Below the pieces are notes generated by a model. It was not told the DNA's origin. It saw only the letters and a program-made list of their open reading frames with translations, and did not search any database. Of a stretch of DNA of 64,000 nucleotides, positions 12,608 to 24,546 are shown in pieces. Every line of letters begins with the position of its first letter. The first letter of the stretch is position 1. Location of the stretch: NCBI GenBank assembly GCA_951406725.2, contig OX597818.1, positions 38,626,001 through 38,690,000 of the forward strand, in the 5' to 3' direction. Made by a program: the position numbers and the translations under genes. The stretch comes from Octopus vulgaris (lineage: Eukaryota).

Positions 12608-14925
12608 CACACACACACACATATATACATGGTGATGAACTGGTTGAAGGAGAACAGAGGCGACGAAATGGTTGTGGAAAAAACTTTTCATCTCATAAAC
12701 TCTTTAGCACTTAATCTATCTGCAAATCAAATTTGAAGCGAATCAGATGTTAAATGCAAAAGTTATTGAGCGAATAAAAAATTGCAATCAAATTGAAAAA
12801 ATCGTTTTTATGCAGCTTTTTGTCCCCCCCCTTCCCTTACAGCCCAAGTAAAATATTTTTCCTTAGTAGTCATCCTCGTAGCATTTTCCACCTGTATCTC
12901 AAATTTGAAGCAAATCAGTTGAGAAATGTAAAAGTTATTGCAAAAACATATCTTTCTTACGGAAATTCTCATTCAAAACTTCTAGTGATTTTTTCAATTA
13001 GCTGCTGATTTTTAATTATCGATTTTTTCAACAATCTGAGTATGCCATGAGGTTTCCAGACATGAGTTCTACTCACGTGTCAAGTTTCATCAAAATCGAT
13101 AAAACGATGTAGGAGGAGTTAGCTAACAACTCCACAAACAAACACACCCACAGAAAGATTGTTTCAATGCTGTGGTCTGCGATAGGTACCATTCTTTTTG
13201 GTTTAAACACCGATAGCATTTTCTGTCGCTTGAAACTTTGCCTCTGTTTTAGTGCAAAGACCCTACTCCTCAAAAAAATTTGAGGAAAAAATTATTTAAA
13301 AAATCTCTGATGCCTTATTTGTACTGGCAGAAGAACCATTCACATTCTTACAAAATATATTTATGGGTAGGTCCCATAAGAAAAATAGTTCCATCCAGTC
13401 TGTTCCAAATAAATTTGTTTTATTTTTCAACACAAAAACTTTGGCTTTCAAAGTTTTTCCATGAAATGTAACATCACTTTTCATTTCGCCCATAAAATGC
13501 AATTTTTTTCCTGAAACACCCCATACAATTTTCAAAGTTTCCTTTAATCTAGGTTTCTCTAATTTTCTCCATGTGTCTGTATTACTTAACCTGATATCAC
13601 TGCCTGTATCCATAACTAACAAAATTAGAACAGGACCAGAAATTAACTCTACAGGCAGTGGCTGATGAATGCCAGAGGATTATAAATTTAAGGCATGGCA
13701 AAGATAAAATTGAAGAAAAAGATTGTTCTCAGATACATGCATGTCATCCTGAAACGGATGTTATTAATTTTTATTAACATAAATTTTCTTTTCTGAGCCC
13801 CAATTAGAATTTTTTTAGCAATACATTCTTTCTTGCATTTTTTTTGCTTCCCCCTTTTTTGTGTTTTGCTATATAATGTGAGCTTTTATGTCTGATTTTT
13901 CCACAATCAAAACACTTATGATTTTAAAAAGGACAATTACTTCTTAAATGTAAACCTCTGCAACCATAGCATGGATATGGCCTTCACGTTCGTTTTTTTT
14001 TTCTTATCCGTTTCAGGATGACTTGCATGTATCTGAGAGCAATCTTTTTCTTCAATTTTATCCATGCCATGCCTTAAATTTATAATCCTCTGGCATTCAT
14101 CAGCCACTGCCTGTAGGGTTAATTTTTGGTCCTGTTCTAATTTTGTTAATATAGAGGAACGTATATCAGCATCTTTTCTTGCTGTTAACCCTTGAACAAA
14201 AATTAGACTTTTGAACAAATCTGGGGTTCATTTCATTTGAATTTTTCACACTCTCTGTTAATGACACTAGCATTGGTGATGAAATCTTCATCATCTTTCT
14301 TAAATAAATTTAAACATTGCCAACAAGTATTGAACAGGAAACTTCTTTCTATGAAAATTGTTGATGACAAATTAACTGTTTGATTGAAACAAACCTCACC
14401 TGGTTTCTTTGGAAGAATATAGTTACTGTATTTTGTGTTTGGAAGAGGATAACTTTCTTAAAAATAGTCACACTTTCTTCTTGTCATTCCAGTTTTTACA
14501 TTCTTCTTTGAAGATTTCTTCATATCTCAAAATATGAAGTAAAAGTAGTACCTTCTGGGTTATAAATAAATTCTCCGATTGAATTTACTATGCTGTCTGA
14601 CAAGAATTAACCTGAAGTATTTTCAGACTTCTTCAATATTACTTCCAGTAACTGCTGGTATTGTTGTTGTTGCTGTTGTAGTTGTAGTTGTAACTGCTGT
14701 TGTTGTTGCTGTTACAACTGCAGCATGCAAGCCAAGAAATCATCCATGTTAAATAATTTTTTCTTTGGTTTTGTACCAAGAAAAAAATTTAAACATCCTA
14801 CACAAGTTTTGAATATCTCGTTGCCACTTTTATATCCTGCCACAAGTTGGTATAGATAAATTATGCAGTGGAGGTTTAATTAATGTGTTCACGTGATGTA
14901 CTTGTGAGACTACCAAAATGTTCAA
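11622..14925 (-). mobile_element. Ty3/Gypsy LTR retrotransposon relic (gag-protease, RT region missing), with nested inserts
   Basis: LTR ends shared by 11622-11715 and 14831-14925; PBS TGGCAACGAG at 14826-14817; PPT AAAAAGGGAGA then TG at 11881; poly-Q gag start, FKSLIFVQGL..LEQD, zinc knuckle CFDCGKIRH, protease MDTGSD..NLFGTDW. Confidence 0.85.
12327..13160 (-). mobile_element. Non-autonomous Helitron-like element nested in the Gypsy relic, itself holding a tRNA-SINE (~12395-12630)
   Basis: 3' CTAG at 12330-12327 followed by T, GC-rich subterminal segment like 20065-20095, ACAAACAAACAC near the other end. Confidence 0.55.
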
Positions 14926-14926
14926 T

Positions 14927-16330
14927 TTCTTTATTGGCCACCAGGGCCCTACACAGAAGGGACAGCACAAGAACAGACAATACAAATACAAAGTGGAGAC
15001 ATAAAACATAGACGGATGAATGAAAATGGATATATAATATAATGAGGATGCAATGGCTACTTGAGCCCCACTCTTGAGTGGTTACATTTAACTGTTTTTG
15101 ATGTTATAATATTTTTATGTTTTTTTTTATAATATTAAAATTTACTTACATTTTTTTTACCAGTTTATATATGGTTTTAATTCTTCATAGTCTGGGGGTA
15201 GGGTTTCATACTCCACCTCCAATGTTCAAACCAAACAATTCCCTCAATTTAGCGTGTCTTTCCCTGTCTATCAGCATGCATTTTGTGTTTTCTGTGTATT
15301 TTTCTGCCGGTAATTTAACTCTAATCACCATTTTGAACTTGGCAATTTTTCATTCAATTTCTGTGCTTTTGGTATATGTCTTTATGTATGCTTTGTTTTT
15401 AGGGGGTCTTTTGTGGGACTGTGTGTTATGCCTGTCTGTGCTTGTGTCTGCTTGTCTACATGGTGAACCTGGACTATCTGGGGTGGTTTCCTTTTTGGGG
15501 GACGTTACTTGTAGTGATGTATGCTGTGTGGATGTACCTTGTGTGTTGTGTGCTTGCTGTATAATCTTCTCTGTTTTGCTGTTCTTCCTATTCTTCGTTG
15601 TACTTTTAGGGGGGTGTAGTCACTGTTTCCTTTCTATTACTTTTTGATACTTCAGAGAATCCCTCCTCCTCTTTATCTTCCATACTCTCCTCCTAGGCTC
15701 AGGCTGCTGTTATGGTACTCCTACTTTGTTTTTCCTGGTTCTCTGTGGTTTTACTGCTTATCTGGGGGCACTTTATTTTAATGTGCTCCTTTTCCCCACA
15801 GTGGTAGCAGGTGGGCAGTTTTCCCTCTACCACCACTCTCAGCTTTGTATCTTCAGGCAACAGCACCTCTTCTGCTATTTCATTCAAGTCTTGCTGGGTG
15901 GCCTTGATAACCATTTTCAGGCTGTAACCCCACCAATTCATTTTCTTCGTTCTTGCAACTTGGATTAGCTTTACATTCTCTTTGGTTCCATACATCACAG
16001 CTGCCACCAGCCATGCTTCTTCGATTTCAGGTGCTACCCTGCTGATCCTAATTCTTGTAACTCTTTTGCTGCAATAGGTCGGCAGGAGCACCCATTCTTG
16101 TGATCTCAGTGGCACAGTGGAGTGATTTATTGCCTCTTCTTTGGTGGAAAACCTCATCTCCAGTGTGCTATATCTTCTCCCTCTAGTGTAGAATGTTGCA
16201 GCACTCTTCACTTCTTCCATACATTTCTCAGTGGCTTCCTCTGATGCATCTCCATTTTCCTATTAGTTATGGACAGCATTCTGTATACCACTGTCCTATC
16301 AGTTCCTTGCAACTCTCCAACTCTCTTTCA
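14927..16330 (-). mobile_element. L1/Tx1-like ORF1 (CCHC zinc knuckle) element without detectable ORF2
   Basis: ORF 16220-15699 ends VVVEGKLPTCYHCGEKEHIKIKCP; K/T-rich continuation; T-rich 3'UTR and AATAAA at 14935-14930 abutting the Gypsy 5' LTR. Confidence 0.6.
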
Positions 16331-16504
16331 ATTTTTACTTACCCCACCTCCAGCACATTTGTTCTTGTGGTACGGCTTCCAGCCGCCAAAGCATAGCTCA
16401 TGGCATGGGCTTGTTCCAGTTCGCTATTCAATTTTTTTCCAACTCTTTTCACCCCTAAATGGGGGAAAGAAGACAAACAAATACACAGGCCCACAGGTAA
16501 AATG

Positions 16505-16624
16505 GCAAAAAAATATTCACTTAAAGAGAATAACAATCTACATAATGTAAAATTTTTACTTTTCAAAAATTCCAATTCTAAAGGGTCAAAACAAAAATGA
16601 GCAACGTCGGGCGATACTGCTAAT
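16505..16624 (+). mobile_element. Helitron 3' fragment
   Basis: Reverse-complement match to 20065-20190; ends GGGCGATACTGCTAAT. Confidence 0.7.
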
Positions 16625-16797
16625 ATATGTATATATTTATATATATATATATATAATTAAGAGAAATAACCTCTATTAAGTAATTCAGTTGTGAAAGATA
16701 TTATCTATATTAAATCATATAGAAAAAAACTTTAAATCTTATAATAAATATTATTTTTTAAAAATCACAAAATTAAATAAATATTTATATTCCCTAC

Positions 16798-16840
<43 letters not shown>

Positions 16841-17624
16841 CAGCTAGCATGCTCTGATGGGAACATAATGTTAGGTTTTATTATTGATAAGATTTGGTAG
16901 ATGGATTGATGGAATTGTAATAGTATTGGTATTTCTTCTGGTTCTTATATTTTGAGTTCAAATCGTATCAAAATTTAACTTATCCTTTTATCCTTTTCGG
17001 AGCCAATAAAATAAAATATCAGTCAGCTACTGAGGTCCTTTTAATCGACTGACACCTTCCCCTAAAATTTCAGGCTGTGTGGGTATGTTAAATGCAATTA
17101 TTATAAATAAAGTCATTATATGTTATTGTAAGGTAATGAGCTGGTAGAGTTGTTAGCACTCTGGACAGAATGGCTAGTGGCATTTTATCCATTTCTCTGT
17201 TATGAGTTCAAATCTTAGCAAGGTTGTCTTTGCTTTTCATCCTTTTGGTGTCGATTAAAAAAAACAGTACCCGTTAAGCACTGGAGTCAATGTAACTGAC
17301 TGGTTCCCTCCCCAGAAAATTTAAGATTATGTGCTTATAGTAGAAAGAATTATTATACATTATTGTTTTCATTCACTGACACCACAATTAAAAACTTTAG
17401 TAAAGTACAAATAAGGACTTGGTTCCATATAAAACTAATACTTTATTTTAGCAACACTAGAAATATGAAAGATAAAATTGACCTCAACAAGATCTTAACT
17501 CATCAGAATGCCAAAGCCATATCTACGTACCACATAACATTTATCTGATGCTCTAAGGATTCTGCCTATCCACTGCCTAAGTGTGGTCACAGCAAAGGTA
17601 AATTATAGTTTTATAGTCCCAGCA

Positions 17625-18030
17625 TACTTACTTGTACTTGTACTTGTGGCGACATTCACCCTGGGCGGGTTGAGTCGGCTTCTTCTACCATGGTACAAGT
17701 TTCATGGGAATATGAATTTCACAAGCGGTCCCCAACAATCCCGCATGTAGAGACATCCTATTTGCCACAGATTGTCTGCAGATGCAGGGACAGAATGACC
17801 GAGGAGCCGCCAGTTGCCGAAACAGACACTCCGAGGATTTTCACCAGAGCCCGTCTGCCGGGTTGTGGCCCTAATACCACTTGGTGTCAGACCAATTCGT
17901 CTTGGGTGGCCCTACCAGGAACTGAAATTCCCGACAGCATAGCTCTGACACAACCCATTGCCAGCATCCCCGCCATGGTAAGGAGGGGATGGACTTTGGG
18001 GACGCAATGGACATTGGGGACGCATGCTGT
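17625..18030 (-). mobile_element. Bipartite non-autonomous RTE derivative (5'UTR-like head + (CAAGTA)n tail)
   Basis: AGAGCTATGCTGTCGG..CCTGGTAGGGCCACCCA resembles RTE 5'UTRs; tail CAAGTACAAGTACAAGTAAGTA; no coding remnant. Confidence 0.55.
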
Positions 18031-19218
18031 TTAACAAATTAAAATTATCTAAATTGAAGAAGCTAGCTTTACAAACACATAGTTTTGAGTTCAGTCACAT
18101 TGTGCAGCACCTTGGGTATGTATCTTCTACTATAGCCTTGGGATGACCAATGCCTTGTGAGTGAATTTTGCAGACAAAAACAGTGTGGAAACCCATCACA
18201 CATCCATGCATGTGTGCTTGTCCTTCGTTACTTTTTAAGAACAGGTGTTGGTTTGCTTATCACCCCTGTAACTTTGTTAGAATAAGTACTAGGGGCAATT
18301 TGTTTTACTAAACCCTTCAAGGCAGTGTTCCAGCATGGCCACTGTCCAATGACTGAAACAAGTAAAAAAAAAAAGTTTACTAAAACTTGTAACAGCATGC
18401 TCACAAATAATTTGAAATGTGCTTCATTGGATACCAATTCAAATACAGCACACTAGACTGTTTGAATTATTGTCAGGTCAAAAGTGAGTAGTAGGATTCT
18501 AATTACATTTACACACACACACACACACACACATACATACACACACACATTTGAAGATAAGAATCTACAGCTCATTATCATTATTTGTATGAAGAATAAA
18601 CTGAAGACAGCTGTCCTGACTATCATCAAATATATTCCTTTCATGGCACTCTGTAATTCATTGGACTGCTTATTATCTCCAGTCGTTATTGCACAAAGGT
18701 GGGAGACAATTTCTCTGGATAAGTACTAATCTATTGTAAGTAGTCTATTAGTCTATTCTACCACAAGGGTAGAAATGAATTTAATACACCAAGCTTACAT
18801 TACAAAATCCTAATCAATTGTATCATGTTGGCTGTTATTGTTGTTGTTGATGTTTAGCCCCAGGTCAACCTTGATTGTGCAAATCTATGAACAAAGGTGT
18901 TCCAGTCATGACCATCCTACTTTTTAAAGGGTATCTAAAACTATGGTAGGATCTGGATTCAAGGAGATTTGGCTGCTATTTGCTGCATGTTGGACAACCA
19001 CATAGAGGCTCTCTCCTACAGGTTCTTCCAGGTGAAATGGTCAAATGGGAATAAAGTATGGTGTGGTTGTGTGGTAAGAAGCTTGCTTCCCAGCCACACG
19101 GTCCTGGGTTCAGTCCCAGTGTGGGCACCTTTAGCAAGTATCTTCTACTATAGCCTTGGGATGACCAAAGCCTTGTGAGTGGATATGGTAGACGGAAACT
19201 GAAAGAAGCTCATCATAT

Positions 19219-19483
19219 ATTGAATTGGCAACTAATATCCTGCTGTCTTTTTAAATTTTGGAATCTATTTTTTTCGAGAATTCTATTTTTGAATGATTTT
19301 GGAATCTATTTTGTTTTTTTCTAGTTGATTTTAGTTAATTTTTGTTTATTTTCAGATCATTAAAATGGAATGTCAAGTTAAGAAAAGTGAGCATTTTCGA
19401 CACCTTCTTTTTGCTTTTAATCATGATTCTAAGGCCGCAAAAGCTGCTTGCAACATTTGTGCTGTGTATGGAGAGGGTACCAT
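19219..19483 (+). mobile_element. Mariner transposon 5' fragment inside a SINE
   Basis: TIR-like TATTGAATTGGCAACTAA in a (TA)n tract; ATG 19365 reads MECQVKKSEHFRHLLFAFNHDSKAAKAACNICAVYGEGTI (mariner N-terminal HTH). Confidence 0.8.
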
Positions 19484-20064
19484 ATTGGTGTGTTTGCATA
19501 ACCCATAACTTAGCAGTTCGGCAAAAGAACTGATAGAATAAGTACTAGCCTTACAAAGAATAAGCACTGGGGTTGATTTGTTTGACTGAAGGTGGTGCTC
19601 CAGCATGGTCGCCGTCAAATCACTGAAACAAGTAAAAGACTAACTACTTGTTGCATGGACGATGAGTTCATAGCTTCTTTTACTTTTTTACTTACTGAGT
19701 CTAGAGAGAGGGGCAGAACCCTTTACATTTGCAGGCCCTCCATGCTGTTAATATTCTGTTTAAACTGTTGCAAACCAATACCTTCAAAAGTGACATGAGC
19801 AAGAAGATTCCGGAGGACCAATGTTCTTGAGAGGAAGAACTGGAAATAGTGGCTGGTGCAGGGGTTTGGATGTGAAAAGGACAATGCAAGATGGAACAGT
19901 TAGTGGGTCTCATACTTCCTCTGAATGGAGGTTTAAGCATATTCTTTGGTGGTTTGGGGCAGAATATCTAATTTTGGATAACTTCAGTTAAATAGTGACT
20001 GCAGTATGGAAGGTATAAGTTAGCTATTCAGAAACACAAAAAGACTGTTAACTTTATTTAAACA

Positions 20065-20463
20065 CTAGTAGTATCGCCTGGCATTGCTCAGGTTTGTTTT
20101 GACCCTTTAGAATTGGAATTTTTGAAAAGCAAAAATTTTGCATTATGTAGCTTGTTTGCATTATGTAGCTCTTTAAGTGAACATTTTTCTGGTTGAAATA
20201 CACCGATAAATGGCGACACAGCAGTCAAAAAATTGTAAAAAATAGGGATTTTCATAGAAAAAAAGCACCTTTTTGATGTAAATAATTTTTGGTCTTAACA
20301 TGGTCCGATTTGAATTTCATCTTCTATAGAATGAAGAGCAATCCTTCTTCTATCATACTCTCAATTTTGGTCAACTTGCACTGCAGGGTCTCAGAGGAGA
20401 TAGTGTTAGTTGAAGGCTACCAAACCTGCCATACACAGACAACTTCAGCTTTATATATATAGA
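20065..20463 (-). mobile_element. Complete non-autonomous Helitron
   Basis: Minus strand reads A|TCTATATATAT...GGCGATACTACTAG|T: 5' TC, 3' CTAG, A/T target, no TSD. Confidence 0.8.
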
Positions 20464-20625
20464 TTTATTTGCAATATAGTGTCAAAATTTTTGTCGCTCA
20501 AAGTTGTGACCTGTTCACTGACTAAAAATTTTGCTGCATCTCTTAAACAGCTGTTGAGACTAGACATCAGCTCATCTATGAATGTTAGATTATTATCATT
20601 CTAACTGGTGGATAGAATTATTGGC

Positions 20626-21703
<1,078 letters not shown>

Positions 21704-21854
21704 TCCAAATTATTTATCTCTCATCTATTTCAAACCATGAAATTGTTGTAAAATACTGACTTTCAATGACCATACTTTACATGGCAATGGGAGTGAGCTT
21801 AGCCCTTAAGCATTCAAATTATTTTATCAAATGTAATGCTTATATACTCACACT

Positions 21855-22850
21855 GCTTATATGCCAACTTAAAGAATGCCACAGTGCTGAAATATGCAGA
21901 TGACATCAAGCTGTACCTCGAAATAAAGAGGTCAGATCCTGTACACTATAGATCTCTATTGCAATCAGACCTGGACACAATGCAGCAGTGGATCATGGAC
22001 TGGCAGCTCAAGCTGGCTGTGGAAAAATGTACAACCATGCATTTTGGGAGAAAAAACCCAGCGTCTACCTACTCCCACCACAAAACTAATCTCAAAAAGT
22101 CTTCGTGTGAATCTGACCTGGGTGTTATTGTCGACAGCGATTTGTGTTGGACAAAACACATCGCTAAAATTTCCAAGAAGGCTGAGGGTGTCTTGGCATC
22201 ACTCACCAAGTCCTTTGTGAGCCGCTCTCCAGCTATCTATCTGCGGCTTTATATAGCTATGGTAAGACCTCACCTGGAATTTGCATCACCAGTCTGGAAC
22301 CCCTATCTTGCCCAGGATATTAATCGTCTGGAAGCCATTCAGCGACGTGCAACCAAAAGAATACCCTCCATCAAGCATTTGCCATATTCTGAACGCCTTA
22401 CTTCTCTGGGCATGGACACATTGAAACTCCGACGTCTGGCAGACACCCATAAAATTATTAACCATCTTACAAACAATAACTCTGAGTACCTTTTCAAACT
22501 CCACCCGTCTAACACCCGTGGGAATATTTACAAAGTCAGAAAACAGCACAGCTCCCATAACTTTAGGAAACATTTTTTCATGCTGAGAGTTGCTGAAGCA
22601 TGGAACAAACTACCAGCATCAGTTGTTAGTTGTCGGAGCACTGCATCCTTCAAAACTTCCATGCTTTCTGAGATTCGCCAACACAACAAATGATTTTCTC
22701 CCCTCCATTCACACGCAAGCATGTATCTGACTCATGCATTGTTCACTTTCCAGACATTTGTACATTACTGCATATACTTTATATGCACTTTCTGACAAGT
22801 TGTGGTGCACCTGAGCACTGCATACAATAATTTCATTATTATTATTATAA
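21855..22850 (+). mobile_element. CR1-clade LINE, 5'-truncated, open RT C-terminal ORF, inserted in a TTAA MITE (family 2, ~21803-22998)
   Basis: ORF with KYADDIKLY, WQLKLAVEKC, DLGVIVD, VRPHLEFASPVWNP, QRRATK, WNKLP; (TTA)n tail; flanks match the two halves of MITE 51915-52135. Confidence 0.9.
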
Positions 22851-23731
22851 TTAATCGGTCATTATCTTGTAGTTTCAACAATGTAATTATTATTTGAATG
22901 ACATTGTAGAGTAGGTATGAGAGGCCAGATCCGGCCAGTTTGAAGACAAAACAAGTAGAATATTAGGGCCGGATATGGCTGGTTTAAATGCTAAAGGGTT
23001 AAAAGACATTTAAGGTAGAATCTTAGTTGCTGAGATCTATACATGTCTGAAATTCTATCAAAACAAATAACCTAGTTCCATAATAAATTACTCTTTACTC
23101 TTTTACTCTTTTACTTGTTTCAGGCATTTGACTGTGACCATGCTGGAGCGCTGCCTTTTAGTCGAGCAAATCGACCCCAGGACTTATTCTTTGTAAGCCT
23201 AGTACTTATTCTATCAATCTCTTTTGCAGAACTGCTAAGTTAGGAGGATGTAAGCACATAAGCATCGGTTGTCAAACAATATTTGGGGGACAAACACACA
23301 CACACACACACACACATATACATGCATATATATGACGGACTTCTTTCAGTTTCCATCTACCAAATCCACTCACAAGGCTTTGGTCGGCCCAAGGCTATAG
23401 TAGAAGACACTTGCCCAAGATGCCATGCAATGGGACTGAACCATGAGGTTCGTAAGCAAGCTACTTACCACACAGCCACTCCTACGCCTAATATTTTTAG
23501 TAATGTAATTATTTGTGTTGTTACATTGTTGGAAATTTGGTCTTTAGATATGCTGGTACCAGATTTATGGCAATGATATCAGTTAATTCCTTTAAGTCTT
23601 TCTTCCTGTAACTGTATGAAGGCAGAGTAATATAAAAATATAATAAAATAGAAAACCTGGTAGTTCTTTTGAATTACTTGATATGTAGCAGTATACGGAA
23701 CAATTCTATAAAGCAACTGAGTCACAGCTGG

Positions 23732-24296
23732 ATTTTTTGTTCCTACTCAAGCCATACCTGGCTCATAAGAGCCGGTTTACCGATTTCCTTGGGGTATGGG
23801 TTCCCCTCCTGGGCGGGACGCTGGTCTGTCGCAGGTGAGCTGCAAGAAGCAGGAGGAAAGAGTGAGAGAAAGTTGTGGTGAAAGAGTCAGCAAAAGTTCG
23901 CCATTACCTTCTGCCAGAGCCACGTAGAGCTTAGGTGTTTTGCTCATAAACACACACATCGCCTGGTCTGAGATTCGAACCTGCGATCCCTCGACCGCGG
24001 GTCCACTGCTCTAACCACTAGGCCATGTGCCCCCACAAAATAATAAATGCACCCTTTTAAAGTCTAGCCAGGCTCATGGGCCCAGTTTGCCGGTTTCAAT
24101 GGCGTATGTGTTCCCCAGATGGATGGGACACCAGTCCATCACAGCGTTACTCATTTTTGCCAGCTGAGTGGACTGGAGCAACGTGAAATGAAGTGTTTTG
24201 CTCAAGAACACAACGTGACGCCTGGTCCAGGCATTGAAACCACAATCTTACGATCATGATGCTGATACCCTAACCACTAAGCCACGCGCCTCCACA
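23732..24296 (-). mobile_element. Two different tRNA-derived SINEs in tandem inside one 12-bp TSD
   Basis: Heads TGGCTTAGTGG..GGTTTCAATGCC and TGGCCTAGTGG..GGTTCGAATCT (A/B boxes); AGTCACAGCTGG at 23720-23731 and 24297-24308. Confidence 0.8.
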
Positions 24297-24546
24297 AGTC
24301 ACAGCTGGTTAGCAAATAAGGAACTGGATCATTGGTTTCTGCCAAAACACTGAAGAATATTTTTTTAGCCTGCAATGCTGAGTTCAACATCTTCCTTGTG
24401 TATGACTTGGTGAAAGTCACACACAAATAGGTATGAAAGGTCAGATCTGGTCAGTTTGAAGATAAAACAAGTAGAATATTAGGGCCAAATATGGCTGATT
24501 TAAATGCTAAAGGGTTAAAAGACATCTAAGGTAGAATCTTAGTTGG

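Noticed and set aside
15117-15647. 176-aa hydrophobic, membrane-protein-like ORF
   Set aside because: Antisense shadow of the A-rich tail of the ORF1-like element
23965-24036. tRNA-like sequences at SINE heads
   Set aside because: They continue into SINE bodies and lack a complete acceptor stem; not tRNA genes
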